A stretch of 64,000 nucleotides of DNA from contig NMRA01000611.1 of assembly GCA_002633005.1 (NCBI GenBank), positions 184,248 to 248,247 of the forward strand, in the 5' to 3' direction. The notes beneath the pieces are model-generated. The model had not been told where the DNA came from. It searched no databases and worked only from the letters and a program-made list of their open reading frames with translations. Of the stretch, positions 51,301-61,500 are shown in pieces; position 1 is the first letter of the stretch, and each line of letters begins with the position of its first letter. A program made the position numbers and the translations under genes. This DNA is from Phoronis australis. Lineage: Eukaryota; Animalia; Phoronida.

Positions 51301-53792
51301 AAATGGTAACTTAAACATAAAATTTCCTTAGCAGGCTGATTAGAAAATTGTGGATGTTTCCCAAAATAGATACTGACAACAGTTTGCCGATAATGGATAC
51401 TTTGATAATTAATTATGCCTGGGCTTAGGTCTTTACATGTAAAATACATTCAAGATAGGTCACACATTCGCAGCACTCCGTGAAAATGAAATATACCTGA
51501 CTACCCTCTACTGGCCGTCCATTGTTAAATGTCACGCCACAGGTTGGTGCAGAGTCGACAGAGTCAGAACAGCCAGAGTAGCTAGCGACGTTGTCTCTGT
51601 GTAATACGTCTTCGTGAGGACGACTATTGACGTCCTGTAATTAACTATGATTTGATTGCAAACAATTACAGAGCAATGTTCAGGCAAAATAATACAGAAT
51701 TAATTATATTTTCATGACAATTCATGACAAAATGATATTCTAAGTTTGGATATTTTTGTAGGATTCTACATAACTTTGAGCCTTTTTATGACAGTGTCTC
51801 ATTCAAGTACTTCTGAAAATTAGGAGTGGTCTAGTTAAATATTGACTGTTCACCTGTTTATGACGTCCTTACAAAGGTTTAATAAGCAAGTCTAATTTGG
51901 TTTTAAATTCTTCTCTGCACATGAATGGCATAACAGGTGATCTTCGGTGTGCGATCGGCCACAAATTGGCAGATACACATTTCAAACGGAGCTGAGCAGT
52001 TTGCGACACAATTCAACCAGCAATAATTTTAGTTATAACTTGACACTTTAGGAATGTAACGCCAACAAAAGTTGGGAACCCCAAATAATTTTACAATGGA
52101 TTACCTTGATGTACTTAAGTGGATAGACCTGATACACCTTCTGAAGTCGTAGCCTCAATATGAGGGGGTTAAAAAATGTCACGTGACCAAGTTTCCAGTG
52201 TAAGGCTGTATTCAACTTGATGTATTTGTCTGTCAGAAGATACTGCAAAATAAAAAAAAACAGTAAACGATAGATGGACAGATAACGAGAAGTAACATTA
52301 CTAGTTATTTCCGCATTCCATAAATGAGGGATTTGTACCTGTTTCATAAACTTGTCTTCAGCCTTTTCAGCTAAATCTGGTGTAATGCGACATGAGATGG
52401 CCAGGGCTGCACACCAGGTGTCTTTTAAGTATCAAAAAATTTAAAAGCCAGAAACTTGGTCTTATGCTCTACAGAACTATTTCTGAAAAATAATTAAATC
52501 TCATTTTAACATTTAGCCTTTTCTGGGAACATGAGATTGCCATTAAGGTGAACACATTAGGCTAACATCATTCAGATGATTAGCTTCATGTTTTGTCAAA
52601 AATTTCAGTCGTACTTACATTTCTAGAGGTGGGATAAGAATAACGTTATCAATTATAAATAAACTATTATGGATATTGGATCATATCGATTGTTCTTCAA
52701 CGTTCAAACCTAGTGACAACAGGGAGTCATTTTTCACATCAAACATAAAACTTGGTCATGAAATGAGACCAACGCCTGTTAAAGGATTCACTGTACTATT
52801 GCTAGAGGTTTTAAACTTAAACGTTTCCATAAAAAACAATGAGAACCTAACTTGCCCACATAGATACACATCACATGACCTAGCAATTGCAACATTTCTG
52901 TCCAGGCCGCGGGTCAGACCCGCAACCTTTTGTGTCTATCTCTATGCACATACAGTGATAGAATCTGTGATGCTCATCATTCATATTGCTGAGGTCCTCA
53001 CTTGTTTGATTGCACTGGTATCTACTTGCATGCACATACACTTTGAATGCCATACAATAGCACAGGAGAGAATGTGAATTTAAGTGAACAAAAAGGGAAT
53101 AAAATTGTTACCCATCGGCTGCCTGATTGTATTCGAGGACCTAGTTCTCAGGTCCATCCCGGGCCCCTCGTCTGGCCACTGGCGGGAATCTTCGTGTCCC
53201 GAGGCCATGACCGGTAATTAATATCAATCTCGAAATCATGAGCAACAAGCCAGAGCTAAACAGTGCATACGAATTACCAGCCATTTACCAGCACTTCCTC
53301 TCAAGTGATGGCCACCAGGTGGTGTTTGACAACTACCACGTACTACCAACAAGTGGCCATGTGACACAAAAAGATTCCGGCTAGTGACTCGACACCATGA
53401 CCCCAGGATGGGTACGAAAGCTAGGTCCTCAAATACAACCAGGCTGCCAATAGGTAACAACTTTATTCCTTATACTATGTAACGGTGCCAGCTATAAACA
53501 TTCATTCAACAAATTTAATGATCTTTTGCCTGGTTTCAATAACCTCAAACGATTAACGCTATAAAATTTCTATCGATGAATTCCATATGGCAGCACTACT
53601 CACTTGCTTATTTGGGACGTGTACAGATATCAAGACTTTCTCGGAACAGTTGGTCAGTCCAGACGATACTACCATCTCTTGGCACTTCAACACTTGTGTA
53701 CTAACATGGATTAGATCATGGCTTCCAGTTGTAGTCCACACAAAGCAAGCAGCCATCACAGCAAGGCAGAGAAAGGCATGCTTGAAAAACAT
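21351..53792 (-). CDS. HAP2: HAP2/GCS1 gamete fusogen (class II fusexin), 17 coding exons, ~800 aa
   Basis: Minus-strand exons, all GT-AG and phase-consistent: 53792-53604, 52242-52105, 51634-51497, 50165-50029, 49111-48949, 48649-48542, 29304-29174, 28597-28376, 27997-27747, 26759-26662, 25829-25685, 24883-24810, 24083-23931, 22902-22773 (or 22791), 22422-22322, 22068-21982, 21500-21351. Signal peptide; YPLKYIKDVNSRPHE; C.D...PTCG...SQGFCCPC; QRG; SAHCLRFDSLWY; DSGDECNKVGVSFKAFTNQKDRC...SCLKNQ; Ig-like domain III; CHCC..KCRC; single TM; cytoplasmic tail ending PCLNSIA*. Confidence 0.93.
26849..27060 (+). mobile_element. tRNA-derived SINE
   Basis: A-box-like GTGGTCTAGTGG and B-box-like GGTTTGAGTACC; the body is shared with the reverse copy at 50282-50480. 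Confidence 0.6.
29174..29304 (-). CDS. HAP2: HAP2 exon 7 (HAP2-GCS1 signature motif), intact copy
   Basis: EEMADMMLVNKRIFTDSGDECNKVGVSFKAFTNQKDRCNKDID(S); splices in frame to SCLKNQPFHLW at 28597. Confidence 0.92.
32072..33271 (+). CDS. Short-chain collagen C4-like type II membrane protein (copy 2), nested antisense in HAP2 intron 6
   Basis: 399-aa ORF with the same TM / coiled coil / RLKR / GPPGRDGRDGRDGQPGPPG / Cys-rich domain layout; AATAAA about 50 nt after the stop. Confidence 0.9.
   Translation: MKEKDTEVKDGSQTPVAVILSLVSLLFALISFGLAIYVVLGVQHRQERTTTTNHNDGFHDWAKKTELAEFKITIYTDLVNLKREHNRLKAHVFQTEMKTERQLRFMRTILSSKFGHAYTKIVPHDIDSKLDETTPISRLKRAANDPTTGEEFNSQCIQGPPGRDGRDGRDGQPGPPGANGITTDDLQKVLSTFQESILQAQKTKTEMKYHNGTEGGAVYIRWGRTSCPTISKLLYDGIAAGSYYTHTGGGSEKLCLPHDPQWGKYQDGFQSHSYIYGAEYEINGAKVFSRKNANDASLYEHDVPCAVCYTQSRASQLMIPAWRDCPATWTKEYSGYLMAEGYKYQRSSFDCVDEAPEVIPGGGTNQEGALFYNVEAKCGSLPCPKYVDGRELTCVVCTK
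33918..34038 (-). pseudogene. Decayed duplicate of HAP2 exon 7 (pseudo-exon)
   Basis: Reads EEMADMMLVNQHIFSDSGDECNRVGVSFKTFTNQ, then frameshifts. Acceptor TTTTAG is changed to TTATAA and the donor is lost. Confidence 0.85.
35617..36807 (+). CDS. Short-chain collagen C4-like type II membrane protein (copy 3), nested antisense in HAP2 intron 6
   Basis: 396-aa ORF with RGRR site, GRDGRDGRDGQPGPPG and the same C-terminal domain. Confidence 0.9.
   Translation: MKESDNDVRRARHYTAPVVVILVLVLLLALVSFGLAIYVLFEVQHLKDRTATKDDGFQDRLNVDKLDESQTTLYNELVKLKQENKHLKARLSDSERKMERQLKVMRATIFSQYEHAQTKNTLQKTGFEVNETTLISRGRRTAVNFPTAGEVTKFQCLQGRDGRDGRDGQPGPPGANGISADDLQKVLSTFKDSMLQAQKAKTDVKYYNGTEGGAVYIRWGRTSCPATSKLLYDGIAAGSYYTHTGGGSEKLCLPHDPQWGKYQDGFQSNSFIYGAEYEINGAKVFSQKNANDASLHEHDVPCAVCYTPSRASQLMIPAWRDCPATWTKEYSGYLMAEHYLHQRSSFNCIDVAPEVIPGGSPDQEGALFYHVEAKCGPLPCPNYMDGRELTCVVCTK
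37115..38110 (+). mobile_element. Decayed Penelope-like retroelement (RT + GIY-YIG remnants)
   Basis: Frameshifted motifs G..M(G)SPVSP..NWYMEEFEE, WFRYVDDTFV, HTDHYLQFGSHH, GVIRTLYHR, CGECPETYVGETKHSLKAR, GHSFDHDNVLIL, LNQQGG. Confidence 0.8.
38188..42394 (+). repeat. Composite HINE/pearl-like (non-autonomous Helentron-type) tandem-core repeat array
   Basis: Heads (A)ACAAGA(G/A)CAAC at ~38188, 39155 and 40428. ~140-160-bp cores contain CCAAATTTCATGAAAATCC and GCCACTAG(G/A)NGGC. GGAC microsatellite and terminal hairpins at ~40135-40214 and ~42135-42190. Confidence 0.65.
42395..44841. mobile_element. Non-autonomous TIR DNA transposon, TGATA...TATCA, 6-bp TSD GTGGAC
   Basis: ~100-bp imperfect TIRs built from AATGTAACA/TGTTACATT units. 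GTGGAC is duplicated at 42389-42394 and 44842-44847. Confidence 0.75.
44842..45237 (+). repeat. Continuation and 3' end of the HINE-like element interrupted by the 42395-44841 insertion
   Basis: Resumes at GTGGAC|GCC and ends with GGAC repeats and the hairpin GCGTCCACCTATAAATATGTGGGTGC. Confidence 0.65.
45808..45931 (-). pseudogene. Decayed duplicate of HAP2 exon 7 (pseudo-exon)
   Basis: Reads EEIADTMLVNKLIFTDSGHHCNNVGVLFKAFTNQ, then a 7-nt deletion (AAGGACA) frameshifts it. Acceptor is changed to TTGTAA. Confidence 0.85.
46985..48169 (+). CDS. Short-chain collagen C4-like type II membrane protein (copy 4), nested antisense in HAP2 intron 6
   Basis: 394-aa ORF with RGKR site and the same architecture; upstream ~700 bp nearly identical to that of copy 3. 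Confidence 0.9.
   Translation: MKESDTEVRRARHYTAPVVVILVLILLLALVSFGLAIYVLFEVQHLKDKAATKNDGFQDRLKVNVLDDGQTTVYNELVKLKQENNHLKVRLSQSERKMERQLKIMRATILSQYEQAETMNTLQKTEFEVNKTMSISRGKRTVHNPTAEVTKFQCLQGRDGRDGRDGQPGPPGANGISADDLQRVLSTFQESMLQAQKTKTEVKYHNGTEGGAVYIRWGRTSCPTMSKLLYDGIAAGSYYAHTGGGSEKLCLPHDPQWGKYQDGFQSNSYIYGAEYQINGAKVFSRKNANDASLYEHDVPCAVCYTPSRASQLMIPARRECPATWTKEYSGYLMAEQYSHHRSSFDCVDEAPEVIPGGGTNQNGALFYNVEATCGSLPCPNYVDGRELTCVVCTK
49081..49210. repeat. 65-bp tandem duplication spanning the HAP2 exon 5 acceptor
   Basis: 49081-49145 is repeated at 49146-49210 with 3 substitutions. Confidence 0.9.
50029..50165 (-). CDS. HAP2: HAP2 exon 4 (cd/fusion-loop region)
   Basis: Translates GFCCPCRNASGLQRGRSVICPNGGDAGPLNKSLYSSAHCLRFDSLW; flanked by AG and GT. 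Confidence 0.92.
50282..50480 (-). mobile_element. tRNA-derived SINE (same family as 26849)
   Basis: Reverse strand reads GAGGCAGTGTGGCCTAGTG...GGTTCAAGTCCC...CCCTTGAGTCAGG...CTGGTACAACGTGT. Confidence 0.6.
53098..53467. mobile_element. Inverted-repeat MITE-like element in HAP2 intron 1
   Basis: ~65-bp imperfect inverted repeats AATAAAATTGTTACCCATCGGCTGCCTGATTGTATTCGAGGACCTAG / CTAGGTCCTCAAATACAACCAGGCTGCCAATAGGTAACAACTTTATT. Confidence 0.65.
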
Positions 53793-54559
53793 CAGTGTCT
53801 TCTACAATATAAGTGGGGTTCCAGCAGTGAACGCAACTGCTTACCCTTGATTAAGGCCAATATATGATTATCAATACACAGAACTCCAGGATTGGGATGC
53901 CAACTTCGATAACGTGCCTGAGGTTACAACGTACATGCATAGGAAGTTGTTTACATTCATTTGCTGCAGTGCTGATTCTTGCAAAGGAATATAGGGCTCA
54001 GGGTGCAAATGATAAAGTTTAGAACTGTTATCACTGAAAACTTCTTCGAAACAAAATTCATAAAAAAATACTTGGAATATTTTGCAGTCTAATGGCCAGA
54101 AGTGTTGACAATGGGAGGGTCACCTGCTTGTGATCCAAAGATTCATGAAGCCAGCCGTGGGCACTACCACTGCCTAGCTAACTGGGGAAACGTGACGCCA
54201 TCTAAACATATTACAAAAAAATGAAGAGTTTACAATTTCCTTATAATGTGGAATTGTCGTGAGGACTCGGCAGGGACCTCAGGGGTCTCACCTCCACTCG
54301 CTTATCTACACTATTTTGAAATGATTTTGCCCACTCCCGTGTTGTGCGTCATAAAAGAGATCATGATACCTGCAGCTGACGCGGCAAGTAGAACTACTTT
54401 TGTATATCACATTTGGTGTAGACTCACACTAGCATTGTGGTTTTATGTTGAGCCCAGACTGTTTGGTGTTGCACCATATACCAACTCCGGACAGTCTCTC
54501 ACGATGATTTAGTGTTATGTTGAAATACATCCACATGACCAACCACCATGTCATACCAC

Positions 54560-56270
54560 CTTCCGCGTGCAGTGTTAAAAATGGTGAGTTTCAGATTTTG
54601 GGAACTGAACGAAGGACTGCTCGAAGAAAAAGTTAGAAAACCGGAATACTTGTTCGAGCTGGGAGGAATTAAAGACATTGACGGCCTCTTAAGATATCCC
54701 TCTATGTGCAAAAGGTATTTATAACAATTTGACTTGGATGTTTTAGTCTGTGTTTGGCATAATTTGCTGAAAAGCTTATGGCGTATGAAGCTCCTATAGG
54801 GCTACACCGTCTGCAGTTCAACTAGAGACGGTGGTCACTGTCAGAGGCTCTTAGACAGTGACCACCATCTCTAGCTGGTTCAGGGCACTGGTCAGATATA
54901 GCGGTCGCCGAGTTAGTAAACCAGTTTCATCCAATAACTAACAGGCCCGTTATTCAGTGATTGCCCAGTTTTCTACATCAGGGACCACTATATCTGACCA
55001 GTGCCCTGGCTCAGTAAAGACGGTATAGCTCATAGGAGCTTCATGTCAGAAGCTTTTCGGTGAATTATGCCTGACACTGTTTAAAAATAAAAATTCACGT
55101 TGTTATTAGCACCACTGATGTCTTTCATTCTTTTCATCTTAAACAAATACTGCCATTATCAAACTTTTTCTTCGAGCAGTCCCTCAATATTCAGACTTCT
55201 TCACTCAGTTTCCACGGCAAAATTGGAAACTGGTGTCTGTGCTCCGACCCGGGAACGGCCCGTATCAGAATATTCCGATTTTAGGCAATGACCATCGCCT
55301 CTGTTGGCCCGAACCAGAGGCAATGCAGCTCCTATAGGCGCTCTGTACGCCGGAAGCTTTTCGGCGAATTATGCCTCGCACCGACTAAACAATTAAAGTC
55401 ACGATGTTTTAAATACCTTTTGCGCATAGAGGAACACCTTAGGAGGTTGTGGATGTGTTTAATTCCTTCCAACTCGAAAAAATACTCCCGTTATCAAACT
55501 TTTTCTTCAAGCAGTCCCTATTTCAGTTCCCAAAATCGTGAACTCAACATTTTCACTCGGCGCATGCCAAAAGATTCTTTTAACCAGGCCGAAGGTCAGA
55601 AGTTGCGGTCCTACCAGCGAACTTTGAAAGCTGAAGTTCCCGCCCTTTGCGTAAGTGCTGCCGGGAACCAGCCGTGCATTTGCCGTGTTGTTAAACATTA
55701 AAATGTCAAATATGTGCACAAAGACTATTAAATGTCATATCAACAGCATTTATTTTTATCAACTACAAACAATAATTCATTGAAATACAATCAGTTTCAA
55801 GTAACGCCAATTAAAGACAAGTATAAGTGATGGCATTTTGGAAATGAACATTTGACTGACAAGACCGCAATGGCTCACCTTTAGCCTATTTAAAGACTGA
55901 GGTCATGAAGTCACATCACCTAGCGAGCCCGGTAAAAATTGGAGCGTGCGCAGTATAAAAATGCGTGAGTTCACAATTTTGGGAACTGAAATAGGGACTG
56001 GTCGAAGAAAAAGTTTGATAACGGGAGTATTTGTTCGACTTGGAAGGAATTAAACACATCGACAACCTCCTAAGGTGTTCCTCTATGGCCTCTATTGCGC
56101 AAAAGGTATTTATAACAACGTGACTTTGATGGTTTAGTCGGTGCGAGGCGAGGCATAATTCGCCGAAAAGCTTCCGGCGTACAGAGCGCCTATAGGAGCT
56201 GCATCGCCTCTGGTTCGGGCCAACAGAGGCGATGGTCATTGCCTGTTCCGATTTGGGCCAAATTCCAATA
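54560..56270. repeat. Cluster of long inverted repeats (foldback-type elements)
   Basis: ~55275-55568 is the reverse complement of ~55944-56250. 54565-54810 is a further direct copy of the latter, with a partial inverted copy at 55015-55185 and internal hairpins (54822-54874; 54881-54906 vs 54983-55008). Confidence 0.75.
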
Positions 56271-57538
56271 CGGGACGGAACAACTGCACTGGTGACGAGC
56301 AGAACAACCCAGCGATGTGAAATTTTGAGACAGGCTAGTAAACCCAACACCATCATAAGCTGCTATTGCCATGGAATCTGCATTAATGAAAGTGGTATAA
56401 TGTTCAACTTACTTTTAGTTTTACTGAACGAGACTACTTAACTTGTTTAAATTTTTCACATTCTTGCACAACACAAGTGTGTGTCCTTCAAATACACCGC
56501 CACCTGACGTTTCCGATAAGTAAATAATAGAATTTCGATCATTAACTTTTAAAGTAATGATGCTTACTAGCATGGTTTTATGGGTATTTAGTGTATTTTA
56601 TGTAATTTTAAACATGCTTATAAAGACTTCTTGTCTCAAAAATACGGAGATTTTTTAAATCATATCATCGAAAGAAACTTTTAGTGCACAGTAAACATTG
56701 TGACAGGTCTGGTGGTTTACCCAGATGGTTCTTGGGACCTGAGTTTTGTTCGGTATTCTGGTTCAACTGTCAGGAAAACTGATGAAACTTCTGTTATAGC
56801 ACCTCTACAAGATTACGGTGGACCTTGCGGCAGTGCCGCACTGAGTGTGAGTCTTCTGTTTTAAAAGTTGAGTGATGAGATCGACCACGGATTGGCGGAT
56901 GCTGCGTCAGGAGGTCATTGACATTGACCAACAGTGTTGACCATTGTACTCAAGCGGAGTAGAAGTGGTCAACGGTATTTACCTGGATGGCAGATGCGCC
57001 TAACTGTCTGCCTGCTGACTCTGAGCGTTGACATCAGGAAGTTAGCCAAGGAAACCGGTGAGTTACTGTTTGTTACTGGTGGAGATGACGTTTACTGGGG
57101 TTGATTCAAGCATAAGTTAAGCAAAACTTTCATTTTGCAGTACCGAAAAAAATAACAAAAACAAGTGCTAGTAAGGATTCTATAAATCTCTATTAAGTGC
57201 TACTTACATGAATTGAAAAGCAGATGACTATAACTTCACTATATAACAAATGCAGATGTTAGTGGAGGAAATGTTGAAATGATTAAATTAAAAGAATTCT
57301 GCATTGCATACACTCATTGCATCCACATTTTAACATTTTGCATATGGCATGGGATTTAAGAGTTTTAAAAACCACTTTTTTGTCTGTACTAGTACATCTG
57401 ATATCTTTGGCTAATTGTTGCAAAGAGACACTCCTTGGCTGCTATTGGAACTTATCACATGACGCTGACTGACTGAAACCTGGTGACAGTTAATAGTTTT
57501 TTGCCTCTTGTAGGGTCCTAATAGATTAGATCAATTTT

Positions 57539-57774
57539 CAGAGGCAGATCTACATGGGGGGTTCAGGGGGTTCATTCCCCCCCTCAGGACAGGATCAAAA
57601 ATAAAAATTGAAAAAAAATTGCCTGAAAAACGAAATCAGCTACTAAAAACCACAAAAAAATCTTACACGGAAAGGGGAAAATCCCACTCCCGACCTTCCT
57701 TCCGCTCAGCGCTACACGCCTCGGATTTGCTTGAATCCTAATCCCCCCTTACTGAAAACGTAGATCTGCCACTG
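57539..57774. mobile_element. Short MITE
   Basis: TIR CAGAGGCAGATCTAC / GTAGATCTGCCACTG; no clear TSD. Confidence 0.55.
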
Positions 57775-58524
57775 ATATTGTCAAGGTTTCAAAAATCTCC
57801 TTAGCTGTGAATTTCTTCATTCTCTGCCCTACAGTTCATGATACTGTATGTGTAATATAATATTTGTACTGGTGTGTCTATCTTAGAATATTACTATATT
57901 TTGTATCAGAAGAAAGTATGGATGTTTACCTCTTCAGCCCGTGTACAAATTTGCCATTTACCCAGCTATGAACTATACATTCAGTGTTGTATCCGACTTC
58001 CGAGCCATTTCAGTTTGCGATCAATTCTCTGGCAATTCACCAAAGTTGGAAGAACTTTGAAGATATGCAGCACACATCACAAATTTTTGTCTGACCGGTC
58101 GGTTAGGAGTCGACAACCAGCCGTCGACCGGTCAGCAAATTAGCCGACCGGCCGACTAATTTTCAGCTGACCAGCTGGCCGCAGTGCCGACTCATAAGGC
58201 AGATAAACTGTGAAGAATAAGAAATAATTAATTTTTCATCAAAGCAGAAATTTTATGCGGGAATTTGGTAATGACATTCACTATTTTGTTTAATTGGGCT
58301 ACTTTAAGTACAGGTTTCATAAAAAATATCCACTTTTCTTGTACTGGCACACTAATACGTATTCAGTACACAGGTGGCAATCTCTGGTGTATTTCCTATT
58401 GATTTATATTTCAGGATCAAGGAAGTGGTGTGTTGCCGTTACACCCACTTTTGAGCCCCTTAAAAAGGTGTTCTCAAGAAGAAGTTCATCCTAGATGTGA
58501 TTGCTTATAGCTATCCACACCAAA

Positions 58525-61500
58525 ATGTGCTCAGTGGTAAACACACAATTTCCTGTTGAACCTGTGATTCTGTTGTATTTTCTGGCTACGCTCAGCACTC
58601 TTCCTATTATACAGCAATTCATCTACTACCACATTGGTCTTTCCTATGGATTGCCTAGTGTAACCTTTGGCAACGAGAGCTTGTGTGATTCTAGAGCCAA
58701 CAGTACGTACAGGGAGGCTGAGCAAAAAGCGCAACAGCAAAGCTCTCAGTGGATGTTCTATTTAGGATTGGCATGCACTATCCCAGCACTTATTACCATT
58801 CCATTATTTGGCGCGTTCTGTGACCGTGTTGGTCGCAAGTCAACTCTGCTTGTAGCAATTGTGAGCCACATGCTCTACCTGATTAATAATTTGGTAGTGG
58901 TCTATTGTGATCTGGATGTCCAGTATTTGTTGATCGGCTCTTTGGCTTTGGGATTTCTTGGTTATTACGGTGCAATAGGCATTGGTGGAACTGCTTTCAT
59001 TGCTGACACAATTCCACGTGACCAGCTGTCATTCCGCATAGCAGTGCTCGGGGGTGCCACTGGAGTCGCTGGAATAATCGCTAACATCGGCATGGGTTAC
59101 TGGATACGACTTAGTGGAGGCTTCTTTTACCCTCTGCTTTTTCCTCTCGGATGCCAAGTTTTAAATCTGCTTTATGTGTTGATTCTTCTACAAGAGACTG
59201 CTTCCAGCGCATTTATTGCTAAACAAGAAAAAATATCGGATGTTTTCTTCTCCTATCTCACCAAGACCTTTCGTTTGTACATCCAGGGACCAAACACTTG
59301 CATGCTGCGCATCGTAATCATTAGTTTTTTCTTCACCGCCATGGTCGATGATTCGAAATCGGACGTGCAAGCATTATATCAAATGAACTCGCCGTTATGT
59401 TGGAACTCTATAAAGATTGGTTACTTCAATAGCATCACTTCGTTCACATTTTGCATACTGACTATGGTGGCTATCAAGATACTCAGTCGCTGGTTGAAAG
59501 ACGTTCACATGGCAATGCTGGCTTGCCTGTTCAAAATGGCCTCGCTGATACTGGAAGCTTTTGCCAGGACAGAACTCTTGATGTATTTAGGTAACTATTG
59601 TTTTACATCTAGTGACCCTGGTTTTCTGCAATAACCCAAGATGGAGGGAATTCACGGAATCAGATTTAGCGTAATTCACACATTTCATTAGTAGGAACCA
59701 GAATTCAAGCATTAGAAATTTATTGAACAAAAGTTTAAAATATAGTCATAAAATTTATTACCCGACACCAATTCTGGCCACAACTCAATCAATGTCCACT
59801 TTGTGGCAGACATCCTCAAATAGTTTTGCGATCTTTTGAAGGTGGATCTGCTGTGCGTGAACTTGGAATCCTGCTTATTCTCGAGATTGTGTATGCGAAA
59901 ACTTTGAATACATGAGGAAACTTGACAAGTTCACTTTCATGTAATGTAAATTTTAACCAACTTTTTATCTATTGGCGATCTTATTCACCAAACAATAATT
60001 GATTTAACTGTTCACATATTCCTCCGATTTTTTGACACAAGTTCCGGTAAAGGAAAAAATGGGTGATCGTGAGGCTAATAATTACAAAAAAATTTTACGC
60101 TGAACAAAAAATTTCACCTGATTGCCCTAATGAATATTCAATTCCAAGTTCATGCATACACGTCCTTGAGATTAAACAGTATTCCAAGTTCATGCACACC
60201 AGCACTGTTCTTTTCTGGTTACTGCCAATGGGACTATTCGGAGAATTCTCCTCGCGGTGTCGCTGCTGTACTAGTGGTGATTGAATTACGCATGCGTGGC
60301 TGTCTGCATGTAAACAACTGGTAAAAGATGGAATTTTTATCAAAGTATGTCGTCGCGCTAAGCCTTATTACTGCTAATTTCCCTGGCGCAAGTCTTCGAC
60401 AGGTGGCCACAAATTCCCAAAAAACCTAAGGTTACTATATTCGTGGACAACTGCGGTCAACAGGGTCAACTAACTGACAAAAAGTGTGTGGATGCTGAAG
60501 CCCCGTGTGTGCTCTATGTCTATGACTATGCAGTAATTCGGGGACTACACAACATTACTTGGTAAGTTTTTAGCAATCAGTTTCTATCAACATCGTTCGG
60601 TGATGTTATCCCCACCAGTTACCTCACTGAATAACAGTTTTATTGAGTGGAACTAAGTGTTTCTTTTTGAAAACTCACCCGATGCCGGGTAGGCTAGCAG
60701 CACATATTCATATTGTCCTGGGTGGGAGTGCTCCCAAAATAAGAGGTGTATGGTACGTGATACACAGAAGTCAAGAGTGACTTTTTCACAGCAGTTTCTC
60801 TTCAAAACTATGCTGTTTCCAATAAAATTCTCTAGATGAGTGAGTTTCCTTATTTTATCGTGGACCCCACCCCCAGGACCACCAGCTCAGTTATCGAATT
60901 AACATGAATAAGNNNNNNNNNNNNNNNNNNNNNNNNNNNNNNNNNNNNNNNNNNNNNNNNNNNNNNNNNNNNNNNNNNNNNNNNNNNNNNNNNNNNNNNN
61001 NNNNNNNNNNNNNNNNNNNNNNNNNNNNNNNNNNNNNNNNNNNNNNNNNNNNNNNNNNNNNNNNNNNNNNNNNNNNNNNNNNNNNNNNNNNNNNNNNNNN
61101 NNNNNNNNNNNNNNNNNNNNNNNNNNNNNNNNNNNNNNNNNNNNNNNNNNNNNNNNNNNNNNNNNNNNNNNNNNNNNNNNNNNNNNNNNNNNNNNNNNNN
61201 NNNNNNNNNNNNNNNNNNNNNNNNNNNNNNNNNNNNNNNNNNNNNNNNNNNNNNNNNNNNNNNNNNNNNNNNNNNNNNNNNNNNNNNNNNNNNNNNNNNN
61301 NNNNNNNNNNNNNNNNNNNNNNNNNNNNNNNNNNNNNNNNNNNNNNNNNNNNNNNNNNNNNNNNNNNNNNNNNNNNNNNNNNNNNNNNNNNNNNNNNNNN
61401 NNNNNNNNNNNNNNNNNNNNNNNNNNNNNNNNNNNNNNNNNNNNNNNNNNNNNNNNNNNNNNNNNNNNNNNNNNNNNNNNNNNNNNNNNNNNNNNNNNNN

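Noticed and set aside
52339-52622. Possible extra HAP2 micro-exons (4 nt at 52619-52622 plus 38 nt at 52339-52376, together KYLAEKAEDKFMKQ)
   Set aside because: Exons 1 and 2 already join in frame with plausible HAP2 spacing, and there is no homology support. RNA-seq would be needed.
55288-56356. Two similar ORFs (137 aa +, 146 aa -) suggesting a duplicated gene
   Set aside because: They are translations of the two arms of an inverted repeat; no recognisable domain or splice structure.
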